Origin: Coxiella endosymbiont of Dermacentor nuttalli
GTDB lineage: Bacteria > Pseudomonadota > Gammaproteobacteria > Coxiellales > Coxiellaceae
DNA: 64,000 bases
Direction: 5' to 3'
NCBI GenBank assembly: GCA_048494595.1
Contig: JBGDBH010000001.1
Coordinates: 214,939-278,938 of the forward strand
Shown: positions 45,256-57,112 of the stretch, one piece after another
Numbering within the stretch: the first letter of the stretch is position 1
How the letters are laid out: each line of letters starts with the position of its first letter
Translations under genes and position numbers: made by a program
Notes under the pieces: model-generated
Database searches by the model: none
Seen by the model: the letters and a program-made list of their open reading frames with translations, nothing else
Told to the model about the DNA's origin: nothing

Positions 45256-45609
45256 TTAAAATTCAATTCCACCTTTACGTGCTGCTTCCGCTAATGCTCG
45301 TACACGTCCGTGGTATTTATAACCACTGCGATCGAAAGCTACTCTTATCACTCCTAATTTTTTCGCACGTTCCGCAATAAGATCACCCACTACCTCAGCT
45401 GCTGCAATATTGCCCCCATGCCTTAATTGACTTCTTACCCCTTTTTCCAAAGTCGATGCGGTAGCTAATATTTTTGCATCAGAAGAAATGAGCTGAACAT
45501 AAATATGATTGAGCGAGCGGTGCACACATAATCGTATCATACCTGATGCCTTAATTTTTGATCGCGTTCGACGTATACGTCTAAGTTGTTTTTTTCGTTT
45601 ATGCATCAT
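45256..45609 (-). CDS. rplR: 50S ribosomal protein L18
   Basis: 117 aa with [16 protein letters not shown] and [23 protein letters not shown]. Confidence 0.97.
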   Translation of the reverse strand: MMHKRKKQLRRIRRTRSKIKASGMIRLCVHRSLNHIYVQLISSDAKILATASTLEKGVRSQLRHGGNIAAAEVVGDLIAERAKKLGVIRVAFDRSGYKYHGRVRALAEAARKGGIEF

Positions 45610-46142
45610 TTCTTCTTAGCCTCTTTACGAACTACATTTTCATCATCATAACGAATACCTTTGCCTTTATAAGGCTCAGGTGGCCGGGTTGCACGAATAT
45701 TTGCTGCCACTTGGCAAACTAATTGCCGATTAGCACCCTTGACAATGATCTCAGTTGTACTAGGCGTTTCTACAGTAATACTTTCTGGAATTTCAATTTC
45801 CACTGGATGTGAAAATCCGATTGTTAAATTTAACGTTTTTCCTTGAGCTTTCGCACGATAACCAACTCCCACTATTACTAATCTTCGTTGAAATCCCTTA
45901 TGAACACCATGCACTATGTTTTGAATTACAGCATGAGTTGTTCCTACTAACGCATTTGATTTCGGTAAATCATTTTCTGACATTATTCGGAGTTTATTAC
46001 CCTCTTGTGTAACTTTAATGACGTCATGCATTATTTGAGTAAGCTCACCGAATTTACCTTTCACCGTTACGAATCGACCATGGACCTTAACATCAACACC
46101 AGATGGGATCTTAATTGGATTTTTTGCCACACGACTTACCAT
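45606..46142 (-). CDS. rplF: 50S ribosomal protein L6
   Basis: [18 protein letters not shown]...[10 protein letters not shown]. Start set at ATG 46142, while the track ORF runs further into rpsH. Confidence 0.96.
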   Translation of the reverse strand: MVSRVAKNPIKIPSGVDVKVHGRFVTVKGKFGELTQIMHDVIKVTQEGNKLRIMSENDLPKSNALVGTTHAVIQNIVHGVHKGFQRRLVIVGVGYRAKAQGKTLNLTIGFSHPVEIEIPESITVETPSTTEIIVKGANRQLVCQVAANIRATRPPEPYKGKGIRYDDENVVRKEAKKK

Positions 46143-46155
46143 AATGTTTTCTTTC

Positions 46156-46548
46156 CTAGCTAACGTAACAGATGATTTCCCCACCTTCACCATAATGTCG
46201 TGCCTGCCGACCAGACATTACACCCTTTGAAGTTGAAACAATAACAATACCTAAGCCATTATTTATTTTAGGTAATTTATTCTTACCTTTATATACACGT
46301 AAAGAAGGACCACTAACACGTTTTAGAGTTGAAATAACAGGCCTTGCTTCATGATATTTCAAGATAATTACCAATTGATTTTTGGTTATGTTGTTTTCTT
46401 CACGATAATCAGTAATATAACCTTCCTTTTTTAATACCTTTGTAATGCTTAATTTTAATTTTGATGAAGGTATAACAACTTCTTTTTTTGCTACTGCTTG
46501 CGCATTACGAATACGCGTTAACATATCGGATATAGGATCTTGCATCAT
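46156..46548 (-). CDS. rpsH: 30S ribosomal protein S8
   Basis: 130 aa with [16 protein letters not shown]. Confidence 0.97.
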   Translation of the reverse strand: MMQDPISDMLTRIRNAQAVAKKEVVIPSSKLKLSITKVLKKEGYITDYREENNITKNQLVIILKYHEARPVISTLKRVSGPSLRVYKGKNKLPKINNGLGIVIVSTSKGVMSGRQARHYGEGGEIICYVS

Positions 46549-46551
46549 AAA

Positions 46552-46851
46552 TTACCAACTCGCTTTTTTTAATCCGGGCACATCACCCCTCATCGCAGCT
46601 TCCCGCAAGTGAATTCGACACAACCCAAATTTTTTAAGTGTGCCACAAGGACGACCACATGCTCGACATCGGTGTCTCACTCGAACTGTTGACTCATTTC
46701 GAGGACTTTTTTGTAACTTTAGTAGAGCTAACTCTTGATCTTCAGGAGTACCTCTTTTAAAGATCTGTTTTAATTCAAAACGTCTTTTTCTCGCCTTTTG
46801 AGATTGTTGAATACGTCTTTTATTTCGTTCGATGACACTTAATTTCGCCAT
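46552..46851 (-). CDS. rpsN: 30S ribosomal protein S14 (long form)
   Basis: 99 aa with ...[39 protein letters not shown]. Confidence 0.96.
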   Translation of the reverse strand: MAKLSVIERNKRRIQQSQKARKRRFELKQIFKRGTPEDQELALLKLQKSPRNESTVRVRHRCRACGRPCGTLKKFGLCRIHLREAAMRGDVPGLKKASW

Positions 46852-46878
46852 AGCTCTTATTATAACCTCTTTTGGTTT

Positions 46879-47421
46879 TTATAAATCTTTCAATGGGAAA
46901 CTAAAAGCTTTTAATAAAGCTTTTCCTTCTTCATTAGTTCTTGCTGTAGTGGTAATAGTAATATCCATCCCACGAATAGCATCGATTCTATCGTATTGAA
47001 TTTCTGGAAAAACAATTTGTTCTTGAATTCCTAAACTAAAGTTACCTCGTCCGTCAAAAGATTTAGCGTTAAAACCTCGAAAATCCCGAATACGAGGTAT
47101 CGCAATCGAAATTAATCGTTTCAAAAATTCATACATGCGTTTCCGACGCAAGGTTACCTTACAGCCAATAGGCCATCCAGTACGAATTTTAAAACCAGCC
47201 TCCGATTTACGCACATACGTAACAATGGGTTTCTGACCTGAAATTCTCATCATGTCATCCATAGCACGTTCAATTACTTTTTTATCAGCTATGGCTTCAC
47301 CGGCGCCTATATTTAAAGTAATTTTCTCAATACGTGGAACGGCCATTATAGATTTAAGATCAAATTCTTTTTGCAAATTTGGGATAATCACTTTTTTGTA
47401 GAGTTCCTGTAGTTCTACCAT
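46879..47421 (-). CDS. rplE: 50S ribosomal protein L5
   Basis: 180 aa with [16 protein letters not shown] and [28 protein letters not shown]. Confidence 0.97.
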   Translation of the reverse strand: MVELQELYKKVIIPNLQKEFDLKSIMAVPRIEKITLNIGAGEAIADKKVIERAMDDMMRISGQKPIVTYVRKSEAGFKIRTGWPIGCKVTLRRKRMYEFLKRLISIAIPRIRDFRGFNAKSFDGRGNFSLGIQEQIVFPEIQYDRIDAIRGMDITITTTARTNEEGKALLKAFSFPLKDL

Positions 47422-47430
47422 ATTTTTTCC

Positions 47431-47757
47431 TTATACATCAATCAGTTCGAAATTTGATGCAAATACTCGAACTTTCAATCCATTTTCAAGTACTTTAATT
47501 CTCACGCGATCCAGTTTTTTAGTGATAGGATTATAAATAGCGACGTTAGACACATGAATCCCTGACTCTCTTTCTAATATCCCTCCCTGTTCATTTTTAT
47601 TGGGATTAGGTCTAACATGTTTTTTAACTAGATTAATGCCTTCAACCAATACCCGCCCATTAGATAAAACTTTTAGTACCTTACCTTGACGACCTTTATC
47701 TTTTCCTGTCATTACAACAACAGTATCATCTTTTTTAATTTTTTTCATTGTCATCAT
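47431..47757 (-). CDS. rplX: 50S ribosomal protein L24
   Basis: [25 protein letters not shown]. The true start may be the internal ATG at 47748. Confidence 0.95.
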   Translation of the reverse strand: MMTMKKIKKDDTVVVMTGKDKGRQGKVLKVLSNGRVLVEGINLVKKHVRPNPNKNEQGGILERESGIHVSNVAIYNPITKKLDRVRIKVLENGLKVRVFASNFELIDV

Positions 47758-47768
47758 CTTATCATCTA

Positions 47769-48137
47769 TTATAAAACTTCTAAGGCTAAGGAAATAATTT
47801 TCATAAAATTGCTGGTCCGTAATTCGCGAGTTACCGGCCCAAAAATCCGTGTACCTACCGGTTGTAACTGATTGCTTAACAGCACCACTGCATTACTATC
47901 AAATCGAATTACCGACCCATCATCCCGTCGAACACCCTTACACGTTCGTACTACCACAGCGTTCATCACATCTCCCTTTTTTACTTTTCCCCGCGGAGTC
48001 GCTTCTTTAATACTCACTTTAATGACATCACCAATATTGGCGTAACGACGTTTAGAACCACCTAAAACTTTAATACACATCACGCGTCTAGCTCCACTAT
48101 TATCTGCCACATCAACAACTGATTGTGCCTGAATCAT
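47769..48137 (-). CDS. rplN: 50S ribosomal protein L14
   Basis: [28 protein letters not shown]. Confidence 0.97.
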   Translation of the reverse strand: MIQAQSVVDVADNSGARRVMCIKVLGGSKRRYANIGDVIKVSIKEATPRGKVKKGDVMNAVVVRTCKGVRRDDGSVIRFDSNAVVLLSNQLQPVGTRIFGPVTRELRTSNFMKIISLALEVL

Positions 48138-48147
48138 CATTAATTCC

Positions 48148-48414
48148 TTACATCTTTTCTGATTTTTCTCTAATTTTTAACAACATCCATCTTTTCGTTT
48201 TCGAAATAGGACGTGTTTCACAAATGGTTACGGTATCACCTTTCTGACATTTATTTCCTTGATCGTGTGCACGCACTTTTGTAGAACGTTTGATAAACTT
48301 CCCATATTTGGGGTGCCTTACTTGCTGTTCTACTAATACAACAACTGTGTCATTCATTTTGTCACTAACCACAGTTCCTGTTAGGGCACGCACTACCTTC
48401 TCATTCTTACTCAT
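48148..48414 (-). CDS. rpsQ: 30S ribosomal protein S17
   Basis: 88 aa with [36 protein letters not shown]. Confidence 0.96.
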   Translation of the reverse strand: MSKNEKVVRALTGTVVSDKMNDTVVVLVEQQVRHPKYGKFIKRSTKVRAHDQGNKCQKGDTVTICETRPISKTKRWMLLKIREKSEKM

Positions 48415-48610
48415 AAAAGATATTCCTCTCTCTTTCTTTCAAGATAGTCTTAACACGAGCAATATTGCGTCGTACCTGTTTATAGAGATGTGAGTGGGAG
48501 ACTTCTCTCATACCTTTTTGCATACGTAAATTGAATTGCTCTTTTAAAAAAGCAATTAACTCATTTTTAAGTTCAGCTTCTGTCTTATTACGGAATTCAT
48601 TGGCTTTCAT
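48407..48610 (-). CDS. rpmC: 50S ribosomal protein L29
   Basis: 67 aa with [14 protein letters not shown]. Typical overlaps with rpsQ and rplP. Confidence 0.93.
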   Translation of the reverse strand: MKANEFRNKTEAELKNELIAFLKEQFNLRMQKGMREVSHSHLYKQVRRNIARVKTILKERERNIFYE

Positions 48611-49023
48611 TACATTATCGTCCGTTTAACAAACACGCATTTCACAGGCAATTTAGCTGCTGTTCGATCTAAAGCCTCACGAGCAAGAACTTCATCAATC
48701 CCTTCAATTTCGAACAGCATTCGCCCAGGTTGTACAAGCGCTACCCAATATTCAACGCTCCCCTTGCCCTTACCTTGACGCACCTCCAAAGGCTTTTTCG
48801 TAATCGGTTTATCTGGAAAGATACGGATGATAATCTTGCCACCGCGCTTTATATGTCGTGAAAGAGCACGTCTGGCGGATTCTAGTTGACGCGCAGTGAT
48901 TCGAGCATAAGCCGTTGCTTTGAGACCAAACTCTCCAAAACTAACCCGATTGCCACGATGAGCTACTCTTCGATTTCGGCCTTTAAAATCTTTTCGGTAC
49001 TTTCTGTTACTTGGTTGCAGCAT
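48610..49023 (-). CDS. rplP: 50S ribosomal protein L16
   Basis: 137 aa with [35 protein letters not shown]. Confidence 0.97.
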   Translation of the reverse strand: MLQPSNRKYRKDFKGRNRRVAHRGNRVSFGEFGLKATAYARITARQLESARRALSRHIKRGGKIIIRIFPDKPITKKPLEVRQGKGKGSVEYWVALVQPGRMLFEIEGIDEVLAREALDRTAAKLPVKCVFVKRTIM

Positions 49024-49034
49024 TTAACCGTTTC

Positions 49035-49727
49035 CTATTTCACTTCCTCAACTACTACCCGCTCGACAGTAGCTTCTGCAGTTGACGTTTTCGCTCTCAT
49101 TGCATGGATTTCTCCTTTAAAAATCCACACCTTTACCCCTATTGTTCCATAAGTAGTTTTAGCTGTAGCTGTCGCATAATCAATATCAGCTCGAAACGTA
49201 TGCAGAGGAACACGCCCTTCTCGATACCACTCAGTACGAGCGATCTCAGCTCCACCCAAGCGCCCACTTACGCTGATCTTAATCCCAAAGGCACCTTGAC
49301 GCAGAGTATTTTGCACAGCGCGTTTCATAGCTCTTCGAAACATGACTCGACGCTCTAATTGTTGGGCAACACTTTCTGCTACTAATTTTGCATCTAATTC
49401 AGGTTTTCGAATTTCTTCAATAGTGATATGGACTGGCACTTTTATTACTTTCGATATTTCTACACGCAAGGCCTCAATTTCTCCACCTTTCTTTCCAATG
49501 ATTACACCCGGACGTGCAGAGTAAATTGCAATTTTGGCATTTCGAGCTGGCCGTTCAATTTGGATTCGGCTAATAGCTGCACCTTTTAAGCGTTCTTCTA
49601 AAAACTGACGTACTTTTAAATCGTCGTTTAAATGATCAGCAAAATCTTTTTTATCTGCATACCAGTTGGATGTCCAATCTCTTGTAACACCAAGTCGTAT
49701 TCCAACGGGATTAACTTTTTGACCCAT
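49035..49727 (-). CDS. rpsC: 30S ribosomal protein S3
   Basis: 230 aa with [23 protein letters not shown]. Confidence 0.97.
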   Translation of the reverse strand: MGQKVNPVGIRLGVTRDWTSNWYADKKDFADHLNDDLKVRQFLEERLKGAAISRIQIERPARNAKIAIYSARPGVIIGKKGGEIEALRVEISKVIKVPVHITIEEIRKPELDAKLVAESVAQQLERRVMFRRAMKRAVQNTLRQGAFGIKISVSGRLGGAEIARTEWYREGRVPLHTFRADIDYATATAKTTYGTIGVKVWIFKGEIHAMRAKTSTAEATVERVVVEEVK

Positions 49728-50080
49728 TAATTCTCCTCCACTCGATAATCCGATACTTCAATAGTAACATGACAAGTACGCTTCAAAATTCGATTAGCGC
49801 GGCCACGAGCTCGAGTGCGAAATCTGCGTGCCATAGGACCTTCATCAATTGTTACTGATAATACTTTTAACTCATCCATATCGGCGCTCTTATTATGCTC
49901 GGCATTGGCAATAGCCGAATCTAAAACTTTTTTTATAATAACTGCAGCTTTTTTGTTGCTAAAACGCAACAAGTCAACCGCTTTTTCAACCGGTAAACCT
50001 TGAACCTGATTCGCTACAAGTCTTACCTTTTGAGCTGAAATATGTGCATATTTCAATTTTGCACTAACTTTCATCATCAA
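49727..50080 (-). CDS. rplV: 50S ribosomal protein L22
   Basis: [15 protein letters not shown] and [22 protein letters not shown]. The start could be any of three adjacent ATGs. Confidence 0.96.
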   Translation of the reverse strand: MMMKVSAKLKYAHISAQKVRLVANQVQGLPVEKAVDLLRFSNKKAAVIIKKVLDSAIANAEHNKSADMDELKVLSVTIDEGPMARRFRTRARGRANRILKRTCHVTIEVSDYRVEEN

Positions 50081-50358
50081 CTCTCTTTCTTTGCTTTACG
50101 ATCACCTGAATGAGCCCTAAAAGTACGAGTTATAACAAATTCCCCTAATTTATGTCCTACCATGTTTTCTGAAATATAAATAGGCATGTGTTGACGCCCG
50201 TTATGAATAGCAATAGTCAGGCCTATCATTTCAGGAGTGACCATAGAGCGCCGTGACCAGGTTTTAATAGGTCGCTTGCTGCCTTCTTTTTGTGCTTTTT
50301 CTACCTTCTTTAAAAGATAATGATCTACGAATGGACCTTTATTTATTGATCTTGGCAC
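50077..50358 (-). CDS. rpsS: 30S ribosomal protein S19
   Basis: 93 aa with [19 protein letters not shown] and GHKLGEF..TRTF..H. Confidence 0.97.
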   Translation of the reverse strand: MPRSINKGPFVDHYLLKKVEKAQKEGSKRPIKTWSRRSMVTPEMIGLTIAIHNGRQHMPIYISENMVGHKLGEFVITRTFRAHSGDRKAKKES

Positions 50359-50377
50359 TTTTTTAATACCTCTTCTT

Positions 50378-51202
50378 CTATTTTTTATGCCGACTACGAA
50401 TGATCATATTAGTCGTACGTTTATTATGGCGTGTTTTATAACCTTTTGTTGGTTTACCCGTAGGAGAAACTGGATGACGACCTCCTGAAGTTTTACCTTC
50501 GCCTCCTCCATGAGGATGATCTACTGGATTCATCGCTACACCACGAACAGTAGGTCGCCGACCACGCCAACGTTTAGCACCTGCTTTACCTAACGAACGT
50601 AAATTATGTTCTGGATTGGATACCTCTCCTACACAGGCACGGCAACTAATTAAAATTTTTCTCATCTCACCTGAGCGCATTCGAACAATAGCGTAAATCC
50701 CATCTCTTGCCACTAATTGGGCAGAAGTACCCGCACTTCTGATAAGCTGTGCTCCTTTTCTTGGTTTTAATTCAAGGTTATGAATAGTAGTCCCTAGTGG
50801 GATATTCTGCAATGGTAAACAATTGCCGGGGCTAATAGGCGCATCTTCTCCTGAAACTACGAATGAACCTTGATGAATTCCTTTGGGGGCTATAATATAG
50901 CGGCGTTCTCCATCCGGAAATAAGACTAAAGCAATATAAGAGCTACGATTTGGATCGTATTCTAACCGCTCTATGATACCCTTACCCTTCTTATCACGCT
51001 TAAAGTCAATAATTCGATAATGGCGCTTGTGCCCACCGCCTCGATGGCGTACAGTGATACGTCCCTGGTTGTTACGACAATTAATAAGCTTTCTACTCTC
51101 TATCAATGGTGCATGTGGCTCGCCTTTGTGCAAATTTGGATGTACAATTTTGATAACGAAGCGTCGTCCTGGTGACGTAGGTTTTGTTTTTACTAAAGCC
51201 AT
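50378..51202 (-). CDS. rplB: 50S ribosomal protein L2
   Basis: 274 aa with [24 protein letters not shown] and [13 protein letters not shown]. Confidence 0.97.
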   Translation of the reverse strand: MALVKTKPTSPGRRFVIKIVHPNLHKGEPHAPLIESRKLINCRNNQGRITVRHRGGGHKRHYRIIDFKRDKKGKGIIERLEYDPNRSSYIALVLFPDGERRYIIAPKGIHQGSFVVSGEDAPISPGNCLPLQNIPLGTTIHNLELKPRKGAQLIRSAGTSAQLVARDGIYAIVRMRSGEMRKILISCRACVGEVSNPEHNLRSLGKAGAKRWRGRRPTVRGVAMNPVDHPHGGGEGKTSGGRHPVSPTGKPTKGYKTRHNKRTTNMIIRSRHKK

Positions 51203-51221
51203 TTTTTATTTACTCCAGCTT

Positions 51222-51509
51222 TCATTTGCTAGCTACAATATCAATTTCATTACCTGATACTAACGTAACATACGCCTTTTTCCAATTTTTACGTTGACTT
51301 CGCACTTTTCTAAATCGCGTAGTTTTCCCTTTAACATTACAAACACGCACTGCCTTTACCGTGACATTAAATTGATTTCCTACAGATGCCTTAATTTCAG
51401 ATTTCGTTGCATTGGGTAGTACTTTAAATATATGCTGACCTGTAAATAAAGCACTCTTTTCCGATACATAATGACCCATAAGAACTTTTAATAATCTTTC
51501 TTGCTTCAC
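51222..51509 (-). CDS. rplW: 50S ribosomal protein L23
   Basis: (V)[18 protein letters not shown]...[11 protein letters not shown] 51509 overlaps the rplD TGA (GTGA), while the track ORF starts further upstream. Confidence 0.94.
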   Translation of the reverse strand: MKQERLLKVLMGHYVSEKSALFTGQHIFKVLPNATKSEIKASVGNQFNVTVKAVRVCNVKGKTTRFRKVRSQRKNWKKAYVTLVSGNEIDIVASK

Positions 51510-52123
51510 GAAAATCTCTCCCAAAGCTTTTTTAAAGCATCTATTGTAATCAATACATTTTCCGAAGTAACAAGGCTGACTGGGTCTACTGTTATAGAAT
51601 CCAAAGTTATGACATTGATCATATTTCTTGAAGCTAGCTTTACATTTCGATCATCTTTATCAAGAATGATTAAAGCTTTTTCTATATTTAATCCCGCTAG
51701 TAAGTTTTTCAACTCACAAGTTTTAGGCTCTTTTAATTTTAAACTTTCTACCACAATAAAACGCTCTTGCCGAATTAATTCAGAGAGAATAGAAATCATG
51801 GCTTGGTGGTACATCTTTCGATTTACTTTTTGCGAGAAATTACGAGGTCTTGCTGCAAAAATCACACCACCACTACGCCATAGAGGGCTTCGAATACTAC
51901 CTACTCTGGCTCGTCCAGTCCCCTTTTGTCGCCAAGGCTTAGATCCGCTACCACTGACTTCACTTCGTGTCTTTTGCGCTTTGGTACCTGCTCGTGCACC
52001 AGATAAATAAGCAGTAATGACTTGATGAACTAAACCTTCATTAAATTCCACCCCGAAGATAGATTCAGTTACAACGATCTTACTCAGTTCTTTTTTGTCG
52101 AAGTAGCGTACCGCAAGCTCCAT
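51506..52123 (-). CDS. rplD: 50S ribosomal protein L4
   Basis: 205 aa with [43 protein letters not shown]. Confidence 0.97.
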   Translation of the reverse strand: MELAVRYFDKKELSKIVVTESIFGVEFNEGLVHQVITAYLSGARAGTKAQKTRSEVSGSGSKPWRQKGTGRARVGSIRSPLWRSGGVIFAARPRNFSQKVNRKMYHQAMISILSELIRQERFIVVESLKLKEPKTCELKNLLAGLNIEKALIILDKDDRNVKLASRNMINVITLDSITVDPVSLVTSENVLITIDALKKLWERFS

Positions 52124-52126
52124 CGA

Positions 52127-52792
52127 TTATCTCCTGCAATCAGTGAATTTACTTGTTCTAGTTGATTCCATAATCATCACTTTATTACCAGGAGCACCTG
52201 GTAAAGCACCTTTAATTAAAAGGAGATGTCGTGCAACATCAATTCTAAAAATTTCTTGGTTTTGGATAGTGCAATAAGTATTTCCCATGTGACCCGCCAT
52301 TTTTTTGCCTTTCCACACACGTCCTGGTGTTTGACATTGTCCTATGGAGCCTGGCGCGCGATGAGATAATGAATTCCCATGTGTAGCATCCTGGGTGCGA
52401 AAATTATGGCGCTTTACTGTACCAGCAAATCCCTTACCTCGAGTTAAACCGCGTACATCAACAGTTTGTCCCTCTTTAAAAATATTAACCTTGAATTCAT
52501 CACCTACCTTAATTTTGGTTAATTCATCAGAAACAACACGAAATTCACGGATCACCTCTCCTGCTTCTACCCCACTTTTCGAATAATGTCCTAACATTGC
52601 TTTATTGACACGAACGAAAGACTTTTTTCCATAGGTTACTTGAATAGCATAATAGCCATCAACATCAACCGTTTTTATTTGAGTAACTCGATTAGGCGTC
52701 ACTTCAATTACTGTAATAGGAATAACGATCCCCATCTCTGTAAAGATGCGAGTCATACCACATTTTTGACCAATTAAACCAATAGGCATCAC
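52127..52792 (-). CDS. rplC: 50S ribosomal protein L3
   Basis: [14 protein letters not shown] and [32 protein letters not shown]. Confidence 0.97.
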   Translation of the reverse strand: MMPIGLIGQKCGMTRIFTEMGIVIPITVIEVTPNRVTQIKTVDVDGYYAIQVTYGKKSFVRVNKAMLGHYSKSGVEAGEVIREFRVVSDELTKIKVGDEFKVNIFKEGQTVDVRGLTRGKGFAGTVKRHNFRTQDATHGNSLSHRAPGSIGQCQTPGRVWKGKKMAGHMGNTYCTIQNQEIFRIDVARHLLLIKGALPGAPGNKVMIMESTRTSKFTDCRR

Positions 52793-52877
52793 CTATTCTC
52801 CAGTGATCTATCCTAACTACTTAAAAAGAGGCTATCCTATAAAAAACCCCTTCTACACCTATGTATACCTGTGCACT

Positions 52878-53222
52878 TTAAACGGATTCTGATTCAACAC
52901 TTATTCGAATATCCACCCCAGCAGCTAAATCTAATTTCATTAATGCATCAACTGTTTTATCAGTAGGTTGTACAATATCTACTAATCGTTTATGAATTCT
53001 GATTTCATATTGATCCCGAGCGTCCTTATCTACATGAGGCGAAATTAAAACCGTATAGCGCTCAATTTTTGTAGGCAACGGAATTGGACCTTTAATAATT
53101 GCACCTGTTCGCCGTGCTGTCTCAACAATTTCTCGCGTAGATCGATCAATTAATCGATGATCAAATGCTTTTAATCGAATTCGAATACGTTGGTTGTTAT
53201 TGTGATTATTAAAGACTGCCAT
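52878..53222 (-). CDS. rpsJ: 30S ribosomal protein S10
   Basis: [31 protein letters not shown]. Has a short Asn-rich N-terminal extension. Confidence 0.96.
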   Translation of the reverse strand: MAVFNNHNNNQRIRIRLKAFDHRLIDRSTREIVETARRTGAIIKGPIPLPTKIERYTVLISPHVDKDARDQYEIRIHKRLVDIVQPTDKTVDALMKLDLAAGVDIRISVESESV

Positions 53223-53243
53223 AATTTAATTTCCAAATATCTT

Positions 53244-53903
53244 TTACTCAATAATTTTTGTTACGACACCAGCTCCAACGGTACGTCCACCTTCGCGAAC
53301 CGCAAATCGTAACCCTTCGTTCATTGCTACCGGTGCTATTAACTTCACTGTTACCTTTACGTTATCTCCTGGCATCACCATTTCGACATCTTCAGGTAGA
53401 CTCAATACCTCTCCTGTCACGTCCGTCGTACGAAAATAAAACTGTGGCCGATAGCCCTTTAAAAAGGGCGTATGCCGACCTCCTTCTTCCTTTGATAATA
53501 CGTAAATCTCTGCTTCAAACATTGTGTGCGGCGTAATTGTTCCAGGCTTCGCCAATACTTGTCCGCGTTCAACTTCTTCTCGCTTTGTCCCTCTCAATAA
53601 TACTCCAACATTATCTCCTGCTTGACCTTCGTCCAATAACCTACGAAACATTTCTACACCTGTGCACGTCGTCTTCGTCGTTGCCTTAATCCCCATGATC
53701 TCAATTTCATCACCTACTTTGATAATCCCTCGCTCAATGCGTCCCGTTACTACTGTCCCTCGTCCTGATATTGAAAACACATCTTCAATCGGCATTAAAA
53801 ATGGCTTATTTTTCTCTCGTTCCGGTTCATCGAAATACTCATCTATCGTCTTTACTAACTTTAATATCGCTGGAACCCCTAACTCTCCATTGTCTCCTTT
53901 AGC
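53244..53903 (-). pseudogene. tuf: 5'-truncated elongation factor Tu gene: only the end of domain I plus domains II-III, no GTPase motifs
   Basis: Track ORF 53244-53795 starts [23 protein letters not shown]..., about residue 200 of EF-Tu. The 36 codons upstream (53796-53903) read [36 protein letters not shown] without a stop and still match EF-Tu. Homology ends at the fusA TAA (53904-53906). GHVDHGKT, DCPGH and NKCD are absent. Confidence 0.88.
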
Positions 53904-56018
53904 TTATCTTTCTTTCTTAATTCCATTGTTTAACAACAATTTCTCAGTGATATTTTTTGGTGCTTCACTGTACTTTAAAAACTCCATCACGTAAGTTGCA
54001 CGTCCTTGACTTAGTGAACGAAGATCAGTTGCATAACCGAACATTTCCGCTAGTGGCACCTCAACATTAATAATTTTACCGGTTGGACTTTCATCTATAC
54101 CTTGAATCATACCCCGACGTCGATTAAGGTCACCAACGATATCGCCCATATATTCTTCTGGAGTAATAACTTCTACTTTCATAATGGGTTCCAACAATAC
54201 AGGATTGGCTTTAGCAGCTCCTTCCTTAAAGCAAATTGAACCAGCGATTTTAAATGCCATCTCACTGGAGTCAACATCGTGATAAGATCCATTAAAAATA
54301 GCTACTCTAATATCTACTACAGGATAACCAGCGATAATTCCATTTTCCATCTGTTCACGCACACCCTTTTCTATAGCTGGAATGTATTCTTTCGGTACCA
54401 CACCACCTATAATTTCATTTACAAATTCAAAACCAGAACCTGGTTCTTTAGGTTCGATTCGAAGCCATACATGTCCGTATTGTCCTCGGCCACCTGTTTG
54501 GCGAATATATTTTCCTTCTTGTTCTACTACTTTTCGAATAGTCTCCCGATAAGCTACACGAGGCTTTCCAACATTAGCGGCAATATTAAATTCACGCTGC
54601 ATCCGATCTACAATAATTTCTAAGTGCAATTCACCCATACCCTCAATAATAGTTTGTCCAGATTCTTCACCAGTACGAACACGAAATGACGGGTCTTCTT
54701 GAGCCAGTTTGCCTAAAGCTGCTCCCATTTTCTCTTGATCTACCTTAGTCTTTGGTTCAATAGCTACGGAAATCACAGGTTCTGGAAATTCTATTTTTTC
54801 AAGGGTGATAACTTTCTGTTGATCACAAAGGGTGTCCCCAGTAGTAACATTTTTTAAGCCCACCGCAGCAGCAATATCACCTGCTCGAACCTCTTTAATC
54901 TCTTCACGGGAATTGGAATGCATTTGCAAGAGACGGCCAATACGCTCTTTTTTACGTTTAACGGGATTATAAACCGAGTCTCCCGATTTTAATACGCCAG
55001 AATAAACTCGAAAGAAAGTTAAGGTCCCAACGAAAGGATCAGAGGCAATCTTAAAAGCTAAAGCTGAAAAAGATGAGTCATCGGAAGCCACACGAGAGCC
55101 TTCTGAACCATCTTCTTCCTCACCTCGGATAGCAGGTACATCAGTAGGTGCTGGCAAGTAATTAATTACTGCATCTAACAGAACTTGTACTCCCTTATTC
55201 TTAAAGGCACTTCCACATAACATTGGGACAATTTCATTAGATAGAGTGCGCCGACGCAGGCCCTCCAGGATTTCTTTTTTGGAAAGATCCCTATTCTCTA
55301 AGTATTTTTCCATTAATTCTTCAGAGGATTCAGCTGCAGCTTCTACCATTTTTTCACGCCATTCTTGAGCTACTACTTTCGTATCTTCAGGAAGGTCCGT
55401 TAATTCATAAGTACGACCCTTATCCTCCTCATTCCAATAGATAGCTTTCATTTGAATTAAATCAACAACACCTTGGAAATTGTCTTCTGAACCAACAGGA
55501 ATTTGAACAGGCACTGGATTGGATTTCAGGCGCTCTTTTACTTGTCGTACTACTCGTAGAAAATTTGCCCCTGCCCGATCCATCTTGTTTACAAATCCTA
55601 AACGTGGAACACCATAACGATCAGCTTGCCGCCAAACAGTTTCGCTTTGTGGTTCTACTCCTCCTACCGAGCAGAAAACAGCGATCGCTCCGTCCAGCAC
55701 TCGCAAGGAACGCTCAACTTCAATTGTAAAGTCGACGTGTCCTGGTGTATCAATAATATTAATTCGATGTTTCGAATATTGCTGATCCATACCCATCCAA
55801 AAACAGGTAGTGGCTGCAGAGGTAATGGTAATGCCACGTTCCTGCTCCTGTTCCATCCAATCCATGATAGCACTGCCTTCATGAACTTCACCCATTTTGT
55901 GAGAAATACCTGTATAGTAAAGGATTCGCTCAGTCGTCGTAGTTTTTCCTGCATCAATGTGTGCCATAATACCTATATTACGCGTATGTTCTAATGGAAT
56001 TTCTCTAGTCATTGTCAT
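53904..56018 (-). CDS. fusA: Elongation factor G
   Basis: 704 aa with [30 protein letters not shown] and FVNKMDR, and full-length collinearity. The C-terminal ...[13 protein letters not shown] may be altered by the adjacent deletion. Confidence 0.96.
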   Translation of the reverse strand: MTMTREIPLEHTRNIGIMAHIDAGKTTTTERILYYTGISHKMGEVHEGSAIMDWMEQEQERGITITSAATTCFWMGMDQQYSKHRINIIDTPGHVDFTIEVERSLRVLDGAIAVFCSVGGVEPQSETVWRQADRYGVPRLGFVNKMDRAGANFLRVVRQVKERLKSNPVPVQIPVGSEDNFQGVVDLIQMKAIYWNEEDKGRTYELTDLPEDTKVVAQEWREKMVEAAAESSEELMEKYLENRDLSKKEILEGLRRRTLSNEIVPMLCGSAFKNKGVQVLLDAVINYLPAPTDVPAIRGEEEDGSEGSRVASDDSSFSALAFKIASDPFVGTLTFFRVYSGVLKSGDSVYNPVKRKKERIGRLLQMHSNSREEIKEVRAGDIAAAVGLKNVTTGDTLCDQQKVITLEKIEFPEPVISVAIEPKTKVDQEKMGAALGKLAQEDPSFRVRTGEESGQTIIEGMGELHLEIIVDRMQREFNIAANVGKPRVAYRETIRKVVEQEGKYIRQTGGRGQYGHVWLRIEPKEPGSGFEFVNEIIGGVVPKEYIPAIEKGVREQMENGIIAGYPVVDIRVAIFNGSYHDVDSSEMAFKIAGSICFKEGAAKANPVLLEPIMKVEVITPEEYMGDIVGDLNRRRGMIQGIDESPTGKIINVEVPLAEMFGYATDLRSLSQGRATYVMEFLKYSEAPKNITEKLLLNNGIKKER

Positions 56019-56027
56019 TATTTTCTC

Positions 56028-56603
56028 TTACCACCGATAATGTGCAAATGCTTGGTTTGCCTTAGCCATGCGATGAACGTCTTCTTTTTTCTTTACTGCT
56101 CCACCTCGATTCTCTACAGCATCCAGAATTTCATTTGCCAAACGTAAAATCATTGTCTTCTCATTTCGTTTATTCGCATATTCAGTTACCCATCGCATAG
56201 CTAAAGTCTGGCGTCGTACGGCTCGTATTTCCACAGGCACCTGATAGGTAGATCCACCTACTCGACGGGATTTCACTTCTACAATAGGCGTTACATTGCT
56301 TAAAGCCTCTTTAAACTTTTCTAAAGCTACAGAATGTGTTCTCTCATCGAGATGAGTATTTTCTTTCAGGCTTCTTCTGGTTTTAAAACTACTTTCTCTG
56401 ACGCTTTTTTCTCCTTCAGTATACTCTTTAATGTGAATACACGCCCGCTTTGTCACTATATCAAGTGCTCCGTAGACAATATTCTCTGCTACCGATTTTT
56501 TACCATTACGCATAACAGCATTTATAAACTTAGCTAAAAGCTTACTGCGAAAGAGCGGATCTGGTAAAATTTCCCTTTTAGGCGCTGCTTTTCTTCGTGC
56601 CAT
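56028..56603 (-). CDS. rpsG: 30S ribosomal protein S7 (191 aa, with internal insertion)
   Basis: [30 protein letters not shown] ... [20 protein letters not shown] ... [15 protein letters not shown]. About 35 extra residues lie between helix ..ALDIVTKR and ..[12 protein letters not shown]. Confidence 0.95.
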   Translation of the reverse strand: MARRKAAPKREILPDPLFRSKLLAKFINAVMRNGKKSVAENIVYGALDIVTKRACIHIKEYTEGEKSVRESSFKTRRSLKENTHLDERTHSVALEKFKEALSNVTPIVEVKSRRVGGSTYQVPVEIRAVRRQTLAMRWVTEYANKRNEKTMILRLANEILDAVENRGGAVKKKEDVHRMAKANQAFAHYRW

Positions 56604-56619
56604 CTAAACTTCTCCAAAT

Positions 56620-56994
56620 TTATTCTTTTGGTTTTTTCCCACCATATTTAGAGCGACCACGACGTCGTCCTGAAACACCTGCCGCATCCAAGCTTCCACG
56701 CACAATATGATAGCGTACACCTGGTAAGTCTTTCACACGGCCTCCTCGGATTAACACCACCGAGTGCTCTTGTAAATTGTGACCCTCACCACCGATATAA
56801 GCAGTGACTTCTGTACCGTTAGTGATTCTTACTCGCGCTACTTTCCGTAAAGCTGAATTAGGCTTTTTAGGAGTAGTGGTATATACCCTTATACACACAC
56901 CCCGTTTTTGGGGACAGCTTTCCAATGCTGGAACATCGCTTTTCTTTATTTTTGCACGACGTGGCTTTCTGACTAACTGATTGATTCTGGCCAT
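56620..56994 (-). CDS. rpsL: 30S ribosomal protein S12
   Basis: 124 aa with [27 protein letters not shown] and [16 protein letters not shown]. Confidence 0.98.
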   Translation of the reverse strand: MARINQLVRKPRRAKIKKSDVPALESCPQKRGVCIRVYTTTPKKPNSALRKVARVRITNGTEVTAYIGGEGHNLQEHSVVLIRGGRVKDLPGVRYHIVRGSLDAAGVSGRRRGRSKYGGKKPKE

Positions 56995-57049
56995 TGCAAT
57001 TCTCTCTAAGCAAAAAATATCTTAAATATAATCTAAACACAGAGCGGGG

Positions 57050-57079
57050 ATTCTAAATAAAGGTAACGATCCCTGTCAA
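57050..57079 (-). promoter_or_regulatory. Candidate sigma-70 promoter of the str operon (rpsL-rpsG-fusA)
   Basis: Minus strand reads TTGACA (57079-57074), 18 nt, TAGAAT (57055-57050), about 55 nt upstream of the rpsL ATG and downstream of the rpoC stop. Confidence 0.45.
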
Positions 57080-57112
57080 GCTAAATCAACTCTCTTATTT
57101 ATTCTATTTTTT

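Noticed and set aside
51501-52010. 169-aa plus-strand ORF
   Set aside because: It lies entirely antisense to the highly conserved rplD/rplW genes. It is a shadow ORF with no recognisable domains. The same applies to the other antisense ORFs inside ribosomal protein and rpo genes, such as 53662-53994, 54279-54623, 55626-55994, 62558-62992, 49104-49358 and 44150-44404.
53796-53903. Treating 53244-53795 as a normal short CDS starting at Met
   Set aside because: The Met is the internal ..FLMPIEDV.. of EF-Tu. Homology continues 36 codons upstream with no Shine-Dalgarno. The ORF is a truncated tuf, not an independent gene.
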